A stretch of DNA of 64,000 nt from Octopus bimaculoides (lineage: Eukaryota), in NCBI RefSeq assembly GCF_001194135.2, contig NC_068982.1, positions 99,075,021-99,139,020 on the forward strand, in the 5' to 3' direction. Shown here one piece after another: positions 1 to 13,249 of this stretch (its first letter is position 1; the number at the start of each line of letters is the position of its first letter). The translations under genes and the position numbers were made by a program. Below the pieces are notes generated by a model. The model saw only the letters and a program-made list of their open reading frames with translations, was not told the origin of the DNA and did no database searches.

Positions 1-229
1 AGTGCTCTGTGTATGTGTGTGCACAACTGGGCCCTTCGCCCAAATTCCTCTTCAAGACACCACCCATCATCTCTCTAACTGCAACTCTTCTTTGATATCA
101 CCTATTTTTCTTACTATCTGATACTATTTTACTTGCTACCAGTTCTTCATTTATTAATATTGTTCTCTCCACCTACAATGTATATTGATCACCCATTCCC
201 TTGGGGGTTTGTAGTTTTGCAACCAGCAT

Positions 230-405
230 GCCAACCTCAGTAGTATCGGTGGCTTGAAAATAAAATTTAAAAAAGCACCTAGTACATGTTGTAAAGTGGT
301 TGGGGTTTAGAAGAGTATCCAGTCATGACAAAGCAGACAATGGAGTACAATATAGTTCTTGGAGCCATCATATAGATATTAAATGACAATGACGATGATG
401 ACAGC
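230..405 (+). mobile_element. Decayed RTE-3'-UTR-type repeat with (GAT)n tail
   Basis: gtaaagtggttggggtttagaagagtatccag…gatgatgatg matches the 3' UTR of the RTE copies at 41978 and 46334. Confidence 0.6.
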
Positions 406-1273
406 GTAAAATAGAGGGGCTAATAAAGCTTAGCTGGGTAAGAAGGTTATGGAAAGTTTTGATTTTTTTAATGGTATTTTCTTTATTGATCGGAAGACAA
501 CACATTGTTAATTTTTCCCTTCTAATCAATCAACTGTGTGGGATATCAGTCACAAGCTACAAGAATGGTAATTATGAGTGTTGTATTAAAATTTGGGCAT
601 CTATCAATTTGGTAATGAGATTTTTTGGCAGTTACTAGTATTCTGATATTCTGTAAGTAAACTAGTGCTGTATACATTGCTGTCCTTTGCCTTTTCTTCC
701 CATTTTTTTTGTTTGTTTTTTTTTACTAATTAAAAAAGAAATACATAAATAAATGTTTAAGAGTGAGTTTTGAAGTTTTGAGGCCTAGAATTTCCAATAT
801 TTTCACTATAGAAATACACATCATATTATATATACACTAAGGAAGGCATGTATGACTATGAGTACTTTAATTTTAATTTCTCATATCTTTAAATATTGAC
901 GTCTAGTATTCAGAGATAAGCAATTTTTAAATGCATTTAATACTATATAACATGTAAGTTACATTATAATTATACATTCATAATACAGACATATGTGCTG
1001 AAATATGCATATAAATACATCATTTTGAAAACAAAGATACCAAATTTCTTATAGAAAGAAAGAGAAATAAGAACAAGGACAGACAGCATAGTTTTCTAGT
1101 CAGGAGACAGACAGACAGATGAGATAAAATGGAATGGTGGCAAAACTCAGAGTAATTTTCACAGAGGCATAAGTGAAACTTTGAGATCATGCTAGCTTAT
1201 AAATAAAAATGAATTTAAGAATATTTACATGCACAACAAAAAAACAATTTCAAAATGAAGAGATGTAACAGAC

Positions 1274-1277
1274 ACAG

Positions 1278-1328
<51 letters not shown>

Positions 1329-1390
1329 GATAGATATCTTTTTATTATAGCCACACATGACTAAATACAGAAAATGGACAAATTACAATG

Positions 1391-1440
<50 letters not shown>
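1274..1440. repeat. Two (GATA)n microsatellite blocks (~1274-1337, ~1392-1440)
   Basis: Direct reading. Confidence 0.95.
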
Positions 1441-1441
<1 letters not shown>

Positions 1442-2752
1442 AAAAAAATTGAAAATGACAAAGATACGAAACAATAAAACAAGAGCTTAATCTATTGTAC
1501 ATATGCATTAATTTACAATTGAAATATCAAGTGGAGAAAATGTAAATTCAATCAATTTGTACAAAAATATTGGATAAATTAACAGGTTTCCACTGGAATA
1601 TAATCAACATAAATATTATTATTTAAACAATAGTAGGGTTAATAGATTGGCAGCTCTCCAAGGCATGAGCATTTTACCAAAGCATTTTAGAAAGAGAGGA
1701 TGAGAGAAGAGATATGGAAGAGAAAGAGAGAACACATAATAGTGTTACAGTTTGTTTTGTACACAAGAATGCAGCAAAAAGTCATTTTTACCTGACAAGA
1801 GAAAAGGAAGGTATAAGGAACCAAGAGATATACTAATTAATTCAAATTGATTTGAGCAAATTTATACATTTTTATATCATAAAATGCCATACCTTCTCTT
1901 TCTTCCTAAAAAAAAAAGAACCCAACTAATTACATAAATATTTAACTAATAATCATTTCCTAGCAATCAGGGAAAAGGTGTGACTCCTTCCAGTTGAATT
2001 ACATTAAATACTGCTTAAGCAAACAAATGGTGGTTATTTAAGACACAGATACTAAATTTAAAGACTTAAGATGAAACCTCACAATCTGCAGCAGAACTTT
2101 TACAATATTGCAACTGATTTAACTGTAGCCTGTTTTCTATTTCTAGCAACTGAGAAATATATATTAGTAAGGGGTTAACAGTCTAAGCGAGAGCTGTAGT
2201 GATGGGAAAGCAGGGGGGGGGGGACTCAATAAAGATCTATACATAGAAACTATGAACAATCAAAGATGAGGCATTAAAATACAAACATTACTAAAGCTGG
2301 AAGTGCAATACTGGCAGGTGAGGAAGAAAATTATATGCTTATGTGTACTAGAGTACATCAGCTCAAATATTCATCAATTTGAAAAAGTTGGAGTGCATTA
2401 AAATCAGGAGGAAAGATTAATTAGGGATATAAAAACTGTTTGCTAATGCCTATTGTGAAAGCCATAGCATGGGTAAACAGTAGTTAATTCTCTTTACACT
2501 TACGTATGTAAGACTCAGTCTTGGGCAGCATTGCACAAAAGCAGCTCATCAGAAGAACAGAAAATGTTTAGCCACAGGTTTGGAGTTACCTCAAGCAATG
2601 TTTCAGAAGTGGAAGACGTGCTCATAGAAGGATCATCTAAACAAGTGGGTCTCAACTTTTCTTTTTTTTTTGCTCATGACCCCCTTCCAAACTTACAAAA
2701 AGCTTGTTAGTTGGCAGGTGGTGGAACCTATTTTAATATTTGCTTTGTTAAT

Positions 2753-3352
2753 CAGCTGTCGCATGACTTATAGAGGGCCCCCAGCAACTTTATTTCAAGG
2801 CCCCGTCCCTTCAATCAAAACTCATAATCTATGCACCTTTTATTCATAGCTATATTTTACTTTATTCTATCTGAAGTTCAATATTTCATTTTATCCTAAA
2901 GAACATCTTTAAAAGTACAGCAAGTTAAATTTATTTAGGTCTATTACAAATTTCAATAAGTAAAACTTCCAGATATGAATAAAAGAGCACTTTTATAATC
3001 CAGGCAACTTTCAAAGACAAACATGGTGCATTTTCTACTTCGCAAAATCATCGATCAGTTCAGAATAATCAAGCTGAGAGCTAAGTTCGTGTTCAATAGA
3101 TATCATAGACAATCCACGAAGTCTGGTACACATTCATGGTACAATGTAATATTTTTACAAGAACATTTGCAGGTACAATGTGTTACCAGTATACTTCTTG
3201 AAATCTTCAGTACACATAGTTTAATTCTTGTTCAACATCTTAACCAAAGTAAATAGATAACTTAGCTACGTACTTTGATCTTAACATGGAGCCCCTCAAC
3301 CACAGAGGCCCCCTGTGATCGCAGGGGTTGCAGGGGCTTAGCGACAACCCTG
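2753..3352 (-). mobile_element. Internally deleted non-autonomous hAT element carrying a transposase C-terminal remnant
   Basis: Flanks ttgttaat (2745-2752) and atgttaat (3353-3360) form an 8-bp TSD with 1 mismatch. Ends are CAGCTGTCGC and revcomp CAGGGTTGTCGC. The minus strand at ~3010-3160 reads GLSMISIEHELSSQLDYSELIDDFAK*, typical of the end of ZMYM1-like hAT transposases. Confidence 0.7.
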
Positions 3353-4214
3353 ATGTTAATTAATTGTTGAAGTTTCATATATAAAAAAAAAACAATAGTA
3401 TTTGCAGCAACTTTACACAACAAAATTCTATAATATAAATGTGCAATCAGTGTATAAGATGCAAGGACTGCCAAAAACTGACTTTAAAAAAAAAATCTTG
3501 GTCTTCTTATGCCCTTCAGATTTTATCAAAAACTTAAATAAAATTTGTTTCTATGTAATAGTCTTGAATTTAGTTTTAGTAACTAGATAGTACATGGTAG
3601 TAAACTACCGAAGTGTTCAATATTTATGGTGCTGAAATTAGCATAAAAAATAAAATATGAGTATTATGACAGCATGATACTACATAAAGCAGCTAAATTT
3701 GTGTGTGGTGTCTTCAGAAATTATTGTCTTCCAAATGTACCATTCTTAATTCTTTCCTCTTACCCTCTTTCCTTCACTGCTGTGACCACTGACCTCCAAC
3801 TAACATGTTTTGCCTGATTACCTTCCTCCTCCTACTTCTCTCTTTTCTTCAAACCTATTTATTCAGTGCTCACAGAAAATATATTTTTTTTCTCTGAAGA
3901 AAAGACCCTACCTGAAACAATACCGCTCACAGTGCAACATACAAATTTATATTTGCAAACTTTTTTAACGGATTTTTGCTGACAGACCACCACTGGTTTT
4001 CTTAGCCTTTGCTTTACATTTATTGAGAAACAAAACTGTTTTGAAGTTGTGCATGTTTGGTAAGTGACTTGATATCAGATTGTGGTGTGTTGAAAATGAA
4101 AACAATTGCATTATAGAAAAGTTATATCTTTAAAACATACAAAAACAGTCAAATTTCTTATAGTAGTTAGTATATACAATTAAGTACTGAAGGTATTTTA
4201 TCATACATCTGCAG

Positions 4215-6324
4215 CAGGGGTGGAGAAACTTTTTAGTGTGGCAGGCAAAAATTTTACAAAGAAAAAGGTCCACGGGCAGATCACAAGTTCTAATTCTTAT
4301 ACCTGTGTAAATCCTGTATATATCTATGTATAATTTGATATACATTAATAAGATAAGTTTAACACATTAAATTAACGCATAATATCTTCATTAACACTGC
4401 CACTGAATTTAAGACATTTATATTATTTATGAGGTATTCTATATTTTTCAAAATGTACCTATTCTAATGTTGGAGAAATTATAACAATCAAGCACAGACA
4501 GAATTTAATTTTGAAAAATTACATTAACACCTAAATAACATATGTAAATAACATATCTAAACTAATTTATCAGAATGATAATTTTATCAAAGCTAATTAA
4601 CCTTAATTTTGAAATTTGGTTCTGTTTAGTGAGAAGAATGAAACTAAATTTTTTTTTTGTTTTTGAAAGTTTAGGAATACCACATAGCTTTGAAGAAATT
4701 GCTATTCTTAGTTCATTACTCAGTAAGTCTAGTACATAGACGATATTTTGCATAATTCAATTTGGTAAAAAAAACTGCTCACATTGATAAGTTGTTGAAA
4801 ACTGAGATTCAAGTTTCAAGGCATTTTTATGTAAAGCAGGGAATTTCTCAGGATTTATGGATTTGTAGAAGCCTAATAAAGACAGGTTTTTACATTTCGA
4901 TTTTAATAAGTTATCCAACTGTAAATCAATTAATTCTAATTGTAAGGAATCTGGAGCCTCCTTAGGACACATATCAAAAGGTGTTTCAAAAACACGTAGT
5001 TCGATTTTGTTATCTTGTATTTCCGCAAATTTCTTCAAAAGACTTTCACACTCATCAGAGTATTCCTTTGTTGATTTGGTATTTTGTTCACTCAATTTGG
5101 GAAAATGTGAGACAAATAAATGAAGCATTGATTTAAAGCTTTTGATATGAGAAAGCAAGCTGGTAATTAACCTTGTAGAAGATACTGTAGTTTCAAGTTC
5201 AAAGTATTTAAATGACTAGTAATATCTACTAAAAATGCCAGATAACTTTGAAGCTTTTTACTTTCCAGCTCTACAAAAATTTTCACTCCATAAATTTTCT
5301 CTTCATAAATTGCTTAAGCATTTGGGCCTTACTTAACCACCTAACTTCACAATGGTACAGTAAATCCCCATATTTTTATAACCACTTGCCATATTGAGAA
5401 GAGTATTGAAAAATTGACTTAAAGTTAATGAAGTTATAAACTGGTTAAATTTATATTATCACTTTCGAATTTTTGTTATTACTGTTACCCGGGAAAAACA
5501 AAAGCCAACTGACTTGTAGTCATATTGCATGCATTTGGCCTTGTAAAAAATAGTAAAAAATAAAAATCTGCAAAAAATTAAGATATTGTTTGGTTCTGCA
5601 AGGTTTAACTTGATTTTTCTCTCTCCCCTGTCCACACAGGTGGTGATAAGCAAGTGGGTAGGGAAGGACGATAACTGATAACCCAATGACAAATGAAAGT
5701 AGCTCCTGTTGACCTTCTTGACACTGACTGATAGCAAAAATGCAACACCTCTTATTTTTCACTGCTTTTTCAGAAAAAAGTAATATTTTTTTATAATCCT
5801 GTTCACAAAGCACCAAATTAATAGTTTCTGTTTTGATGAAGCCTTACCAATTTGGTTTTGATTTTTAATAGATTTTAAAATATTTTTGCTTATCAAGTGA
5901 CAGAAAGAGGGTGAGTGTTGATTTTAGAGATTTTCTTTGTAAAAAAATGAAATAGGGAGAAAAATTTTAAATACTTGGATATGAGTAATTTTTACACAGT
6001 ATCTTCTACAATCCTTCAGATTTCGTTTCATATAAAAATTATTGTGATACATGCAATATAGTTTTAGGAATGTAGTTGGGTCACAAGGAGGTGGTACAAA
6101 ATTTCCATTTAAATGGTAATTACCAGACAATTTCTGTTCAAGTTTGACTGTTTTAAGTCATAGTGGAAATGTGGACTATGTTGCAAATAGACATGAGTAT
6201 TGTATAAATTTTATAATTGAAAAATTTACTATATTTTGTAGATACAAGTATATCAGCATGCAGGCACAAAAAAATGGGCTCGCAGGTGCAATTGCCCCCA
6301 CGGGTAGGGGTCTCCCCATCCCTG
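4215..6324 (-). mobile_element. hAT (Buster/GTF2IRD2-like) DNA transposon with a disrupted transposase
   Basis: TIRs CAGGGGTGGAGAAAC and revcomp CAGGGATGGGGAGAC match 12/15. The 8-bp TSD is atctgcag (4207-4214) / atctacag (6325-6332). Minus-strand motifs YGDLLYHCEVRWLSK, LAFLVDITSHLNTLNLKLQ, LQLELIDLQ and FSTTYQCEQFF are present with frameshifts and stops. Confidence 0.9.
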
Positions 6325-6499
6325 ATCTACAGCTTTGTCACTAACATACTATTCTACAGCAGGTTGCAAATTTCAAACACATAATCTTATAAAAGTAGAT
6401 CTGCAACAAAATATACAAGATAAAAGAAGTAGAGAAAAATGCAGAAGACACTCTTTTTTGGGGTAGTGTAATCCAGATATTTCTATATTTCCAAGAAAT

Positions 6500-7000
6500 A
6501 ACATTGAGAACTGAATATTTCAAAAGATCTGCTATTTAAAAATGAAATTATTTCTTATTGTAATGGCCAGTGCTCTAATTGCTTTATTATTAATGGAATG
6601 TTGCAAGTTTGGTCCCTTTCTACTATTACTTTCATGGAAGGTGTTCCTACCAGTCCTGGAATTTTCCACCAGAACTCAATTTGCTAAATTTAGCAAACTG
6701 TGTCTATGCTTCTTGGATATCTTGTAGACATACTCCAGGTTCCATGAGGTGAAGGTTTCCTCCTCCCCACCAAATAACCATTATTGTAGAATAAAATCTC
6801 TCCTCACCGTTTTCCAGCAGATCTTTATAAATTCAGAGTTAATAGGTACCATGCTTAATGTTGGAGTCTTCTTCATTTACTATTTTTATTGATTCTTTTA
6901 TTACCATCTCATTCTACTTTTGTTTTATTAGATCCTTTGTTGTCATCTCATTCTTCTAATACCATCTCAGTGTATTCCATAAAAATTTTTTATCAGTAAT
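6500..7000 (-). mobile_element. Decayed L1/Tx1-like LINE reverse-transcriptase fragment
   Basis: The minus strand gives broken peptides SEFIKICWKTVRRDF and SLLNLAN*VL, resembling the PG.DG…EFYK.FW and .LLN.D.KIL motifs of L1/Tx1 RTs. Many stops. Confidence 0.5.
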
Positions 7001-7895
7001 TTTATGTTTTTATTTGCCATCTTAAACATGCCTTTTATATAGACTGTTGTTATATAGATAGATATATAGATAGTTCTGCTAGGAATAACTTACTGAATAT
7101 GAGAAGGATCCATACCTTTTTTTCAATGAGCCATTAAGGGAACCTTAACCCAGTTGCTCAACCTGTTAAAAATAGCAGAATCTCCCTCCATTCACATTCT
7201 ACCATCTTAAAAATAGGAAGGGTATATTTTATTAAAGCAGCTACAATATACCTAAGAGAAAACGACAGCATTATCACAGCTGGAATGTACTTAACTATAA
7301 CTCTGCTCAATATAAAGGGTTACCTCAGGGTTATACAGCAATACAACCTTTTTTTCTGCATGATTAATCTACATTTAATGTCACTTACAATCATTAGCAA
7401 GTTGTTTACATGAAAGTATTCTGAATGTTAAATTGTAATATTCACAGTTCTAAGTAATTCATATGTTATTATTAATAGTTCAGTAAAAGAATAACAACAA
7501 AAATATAAGATTTTCCTTAGACAAAGATTAATTTCCTATATCTTATTTCAAGAAACCTTTTAAATCAGAACACACACACACTACAGTTATACTTAAAACA
7601 AATATAAGTCATATTATCTCTTGTATATGAATTTATGACTCAGTAATAGGAAGAAGTGAGTGAATCCTACACCCATTAAATCATAGAAGCAACAGCCTGA
7701 CTGAGCTTGTTTTCTAACTATATTTATATGCAAATTGAACTAGTATGACATGCTACTAGATTACTTGTCAATTATATAGTGCAGCTGTTGCTTAAAGAGG
7801 TAAGCAGTACCATTAAATGGTACCTTCTAACAACTATATAGACTGGGCTATCTGACAGTTAAGTGCCTTAGTCATTGAGACAGTATAACAATATA

Positions 7896-9170
7896 CAAGG
7901 GGGTACCCAAAAGTAACTGGAAACACTCTCTGTGGGACAAGCCCATTGTAGTTCAGGCCTCTACTGCTAGAAGCCACTTGATGCGACCCTCAAGCATCAG
8001 TTTGCTTCTCAAGTCGTACTGCCACATGATGCATCTTTGTTTGGCAGTGCTTCTCCTCTGTTCTTTGATTTTTGCAATGGCTGAAATGAAGGAACAGCAT
8101 ACTTCCATGAAATTCTGTTTTTTGTTAGGGAAAATGGTGGTCAAGACTGTTGTCATGCCTGAAACAACTTACAAGGGCACTGCCATGAGCAAAACAGAAG
8201 TTTATGAGTGGTTTTCATGCTTTAGGAATGGTCACTTGTCCCTTTTTAAGTGAGGAATTGCAAATAAAAAGATTTGCAGAAAAATTTGTGTCTCGCTTGC
8301 TCATGGAAGCTCAAAAACAGTCACAACTGAATGTGTGCTGTGAACTGAAAGAACAGTAGGAAGTTGATTTGGACCTTTTATAAAAGTCATCAGAGAAGGG
8401 AGGACACCCAAAACCGAGCAAGATGGCGAGATGGTGTGAGGGTGGTTGCTATGGCATTGAGGTGGTTCTGGCCACTCCCGTTAACAAGGACAAAACCCAG
8501 ATTCAAAATGATGGCTGATGATGATCACTGGTGATGAAAGCTGGTGCTATGGTTATGACTCGGAAACAAAAGAGCAATTAAGTCAATGGAAACATTCGAT
8601 GTCATCACATCCAAAAAAAGCACATCAAGTGAAGTCCAACGTCAAGACGATGCGGATTTGTTTCATCAATGCAAAAGGAATTGTCCATGCAGAATTTGTT
8701 TCTCTTGGTCAAGCTGTTAACCAGACATTTGACATGGCAGTTCTGAAGCATTTGCAAGATGCAGTGATATGAAAGTGCCCCATCCTGTGGCAAAATGGAG
8801 AGTGGTGGTTTCATCACGATAATGCATCTGCACACACCGCCATAAGAGTGAGACAGTTTTTTACCAAAAATGGCATGACCCCACTCACCCACCCTCCCTA
8901 TTCACCTGATCTTGCTCCCTGTGACATTTTTTTGTTCCTCTAAATGAAAAAAGTTCTCAAAGGAAGAGGTGAAGGAAAAAAATGCAGAGACATTAAAAGG
9001 TTGTCACTTCGCAAGAGCTTCAGAAATGCTTCAAATAGTGCAAAACACGTCTGGACCAATGCATTGCTTCAAATAGAGAATACTTTGAAGACAGTAAAAG
9101 TGTAAACATGTAAAACTAAGTGAATTAAAACAATATTGCAAAATTCCAGTTTCTTTTAGGCACCCCCTCG
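7896..9170 (+). mobile_element. Mariner (DD34D) transposon, defective
   Basis: TIRs CAAGGGGGTACCCAAAAGTAACTGGAA and revcomp CGAGGGGGTGCCTAAAAGAAACTGGAA, with TA at both flanks (7894-7895, 9171-9172). HTH segment KFCFLLGK…YEWFS, plus ITGDESW, HHDNASAH and HPPYSPDLAPCD with 34 residues between the 2nd and 3rd D. Stops and an insertion disrupt it. Confidence 0.95.
8393..8527 (+). mobile_element. 5'-truncated RTE-type LINE 3' end nested in the mariner transposase
   Basis: Interrupts KVI|TGDESW. It encodes …NRARWRDGVR… (RTE C-terminal GRP..RW.D.V-like), ends in a (GAT)n-type tail, and the junctions share tcatca/tgatca. Confidence 0.6.
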
Positions 9171-9959
9171 TAGACACTTAATTCAACTTATAAGTTGACA
9201 CTATGTGCTCAGTTAGTTTGAGATCTCAGATTCTTGAAATTAGCACATATAATTTAGTTCACGTGGTTTTAAATATCAACTAAAAAGGTAAAGACACAAA
9301 TTTCAGTAGTTCTAATTACTTTTAAAATTTACATATAAAAAGTAATTTTGCATAAAAATTTGTAATTTTCAAAAAAAAAAATTCATCACATACAGACACA
9401 TGCACAAATTTCTTAACTGTAATTACACAAAGTTAAAATCTTGTTTATTAATCAAAAATGTCATGTGTTTTCCATCTGATGGTTACTATTCATACTATAC
9501 AATATCCCATTAAAATTTTCCTAGTTGTATCCCAAATATGTTCTAGGAAAATGTCCCGTTAGATATCATTATTTTTTTCCTCTTAAATTCCATTTACTAT
9601 TGATGAGTTAACTGTTACTTCTCATGTGACAATAAAATACTGTGGTCAAATTCCACAGTAGAAATGCTTAAGACTTGCAACTTACCACTGATGATGCAAA
9701 GTAGCATAAAACAGTTCATAAGAGATTAATTTGGTCGCAGAAATTTTATGTTGAAGAAAAATGTAATTCTTAAACAAGGCAAATAGTATATTTAGATAAA
9801 TTTTTAATGAAATATTCTAAAAAATAACATCTGAGATTTCTGATAGAAAAAAAAAATCTTGAAGACTAGCATATAAGAAAGAAGAAAAACATGCTATTAC
9901 ACACAGGTTAATTGTATGTTGTCAAGAGCAATCAAATTAACATCAGTTGTACTGACAAT

Positions 9960-12500
9960 GTGTGTTACCATGCTTACATCCAAATAAGATTAATGCAAAA
10001 TTATTGAATAGACTACCACTTTATGGAAACCATAGAGAAAAGAGGATGCTGTGAATTTGGATGGAAGACTAACAAAAACCAAGTTAAAAAGCTATCATTT
10101 CATAATGCTCTCGATTTTACTTACACAAAGAGCAATAAGACTGACAAGTGTAAATAGGCAAGGAAAACCTAACTTGCAGAATTACATTCATTTGAATATA
10201 CTGAAGTTGATGCTAGGGAAATAGTATCTAGCAATCTATGTCAGCATCCAGAAACAAGGTAAAAAATATATATAGAACAAAAGAGAAAAATGTCCTAGCT
10301 ATTGGCAACATACCCCTTTCATTTGAATAGCATAGAAGTCTATTGATTTAGAACATATAAAAATATTTTATCAGATTGTAAAGATCAGAAAACTTTCCTA
10401 ATTAAAAAGAGAGATAAAAGGGATCATGTGTGTAATATGAACTATAAATGACTGCTGCTTCTACATCAATAAGAAATGAAAGAAAGTAGAGCCCAACTAC
10501 TTATGCTGGTTTTGTCAAAAGGCAATGAAATCTTTGGAAAGCAGTTTTAAAAAAATGCAGTTCAATGCTTGCAGTCATATGTGAAAGAAAAATCCAAGAA
10601 CCAGGTGTTGAAATATATCATCAATGAAAAGCTGGATATAACTGCAACATCAGTAACAAAGCACTATAAAGAAACAGCATTTATTAAGATGTCACAACTT
10701 CTGAATCTTCAAACATTTAAATAATACAGCTAATTATTGTGCTAATTTCATAATTAGATATGCTTACTATACTATCAGTTAATAATGAAAGGAAGTTTAA
10801 TTTTCTGTGCATTTTCTTATACACTTGTCTTCTGTTAGTGTTGCTGATTAGTCCCAGGTTAACCCTGAATGTGCAGACCTATTATCAAAAACATTCTAGT
10901 AATGACCTCTCTAGCATGCCCTACATTTTTAAAGATAGTAATGCATAATTTGAGATAGATTTGGGAACTATTTCTAGCAAGACTAGTGACCACAAAGAGG
11001 TTCCTTCATTGATCTGATCTACATGGTAAATAAAATGGTTTCGAAATAAAATTTATCAACTGAAAATATTAGGATAGGGGGTTGTATATTTAAAATGTTT
11101 CCTTTGATGATGATAAATGTTGATTATACACTTATCAATTATTTAGATAATATATCTATTTTAGATCTAAGTTGTATTAAAGAGAGGAAAAATGTAAGCA
11201 TTTTAAACAGCTTCAGGGAAATTACATAGTTATGAAGTGGCACTTTCATCGATGAGTAAGAAGTCAAGAATTCATCACAGAAATATAGGCAGGGAAGTTT
11301 TGTGGGATCAAGTTTGATAAATTGATTTAAACCATTTTGTGTCAATCAGATTTCAGCAAACAGATGAAATAATTTGGGGTTTCCAGCAGGAATTGTATGG
11401 AAGTCAGCTGTAATTTGCCTGATAAAAGATGTTACTTCTACACTAGTGATTTTTTCTATTTTTATTTTATTTTATAAAGGAAAATGTAGACAGCTGCAAT
11501 ATGGTGTAAATTGATTATGAGAAAAGTTTTCTGTGTCAACATACAGCTAAACTCAAAAACATTATTTCTGAAGGATGTACTTAAAATTTTAAATTAACAC
11601 ATATCATACCAGACAGGTTTAAAAAAAAAATTTCTATTTCATACTCACTGGATGACAAGCATAAGGATTTTAATAGAGATAAACATTTTCTCTTAAGATA
11701 AAACACATATAAATATAGTGCTTATTAGTAGAGCCAAGAATACTTACTTAAAAACAATGATAAAAATATGTATACTATTGTATGCAAATTATGTATACTA
11801 TTGTATTTAAGATACAAATGGATTACTACTGTTTTTAGAACTTTAAACATTCATTTTGCATTATCAAACAGCATAAGAATGTCATGATTCTTATGACATC
11901 TCTTTTGGGAAAAATGGACGTTACAGAAATGAAAAGATTAATTTTAGTCTAAATGCTTTCTATTATTTGAGCCACATGACCTTTTTAGTTGTTTTAATAG
12001 ATTAGTCAGAAATGGAGAATTTCCAAAAATAATGAGAGGAAGGGAGGAAGATATCCTCAAACTAGACAAGAATCAAATGGTTACAACAGAGTGAACTCTG
12101 CTAAAAAGCACCCAAGATACCGTGCAGTAGTATTAAACCAGTTGACAGATTTAGTCTACCATCCAAGATTTATCACAGAATAAATGCAAAATACATTTTA
12201 GACCTGGCAAGATTTATACATAGAAAAGAACTGTTTTTATTGAATACTTCAGTGGCTGTTACATAACCATCATGTGGAAAATTTGAGAGTAAGGTAATGA
12301 ACATAATTTAGCACTTGGTGGATATTCAAGGAAGCTACAGTCTTAAGATGGTTTTATGTTGTTTTAGATAATGAATTTTGGCTGAATTCAAAACCTGGAG
12401 AATGTAAGAATTAAGTCAACTCTTGGTGAATAATGATATGAAGACAATGGTTATAGGATTTTAAGTAGCATTACAGAACTGCTGCACTACATTTTACAAA
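9960..12500 (+). mobile_element. Heavily decayed L1/Tx1-like non-LTR retrotransposon remnants
   Basis: Long A-rich reading frames broken by isolated stops at 10.0-10.7 kb. Near 11.95-12.15 kb an RT-like segment (NRLVRNGEFPKIMR…TLLK) is visible. Boundaries are approximate. Confidence 0.35.
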
Positions 12501-12649
12501 AGCCATAGAAAGAGGGAAACTGTACACACAGATCAAATAGATATTGGTCTAAGATGCTAGTGGGAAAAAATCTTTCAATTTTCACCTATTTATTCCTAGA
12601 AGAGAATATTTTTTTTTTATGCACCCTTTTAAAGCCTAGCCAGGCTCAA

Positions 12650-12922
12650 GGGCCTGGTTTCCTGGTTTCTATGATGTATGTGTTCCCCCCAGCTGGACAG
12701 GACAACAGTCCATCGCAGTGTTACTCAAGAAACAGGAAGAAAGAGTGAGAGAAAGTTGGGGGCGAAAGAGTACAACAGGGGTCGCCACCACCCCTGCCGG
12801 AGCCTCGTGGAGCTTAGGTGTTTTCGCTCAATAAACACTCACAACGCCCGGTATGGGAATCGAAACCACGATCGTCCAACCATGAGTCCGCTGCCCTAAC
12901 CACTGGGCCATTGTGTCTCCAC
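12650..12922 (-). mobile_element. tRNA-derived SINE
   Basis: The minus-strand head gtggagacacaatggcccagtggttagggcagcggactc…ggtttcgattccc carries Pol III A-box and B-box-like motifs. A GC-rich body follows and no tRNA 3' acceptor stem is seen. Confidence 0.85.
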
Positions 12923-13249
12923 CCCACAAGAGAAAGCTGGGATCATATTCATTTATGCCTTGTGAAATGACTGAGGTTCAATTTACAATTAGAAATTATA
13001 ATTAAGACAGCTGCTCTAACAAAATAAAATATATTATTACATAAATTTTTGGGGAAGGCTTAAAACTTATTTAAGCACCGTTTTATTAGTTTTACTTTTT
13101 TATGCAAGAATCTGAGAATATCTCCTAATATTATGCTAAAAGACAGTAAAATTATCTAAAGAGCTATTGATTAGTGAGAACTATATGGAAATGTATGAAG
13201 GAATGAAATAGGAATCAAAAATACATGAAACAAAATTTTGTGCTGTTTC

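Noticed and set aside
3004-3088. Plus-strand terminal-exon-like ATFKDKHGAFSTSQNHRSVQNNQAES*
   Set aside because: It is antisense to a recognisable hAT transposase C-terminus, which explains the open frame.
9686-9768. Minus-strand open segment ending in a GTAAGT donor
   Set aside because: It is open only in phase 0, incompatible with the phase-1 DIP2 donor, and is not DIP2-like.
10180-10258. Plus-strand exon-like segment cag|…|gtaaaa (ELHSFEYTEVDAREIVSSNLCQHPETR)
   Set aside because: It is part of a longer stop-riddled frame in decayed retroelement sequence, opposite to DIP2, with no partner exons.
12860-12922. tRNA-like sequence (also near 55790-55869)
   Set aside because: These are SINE heads that continue into repeat bodies, with no complete cloverleaf.
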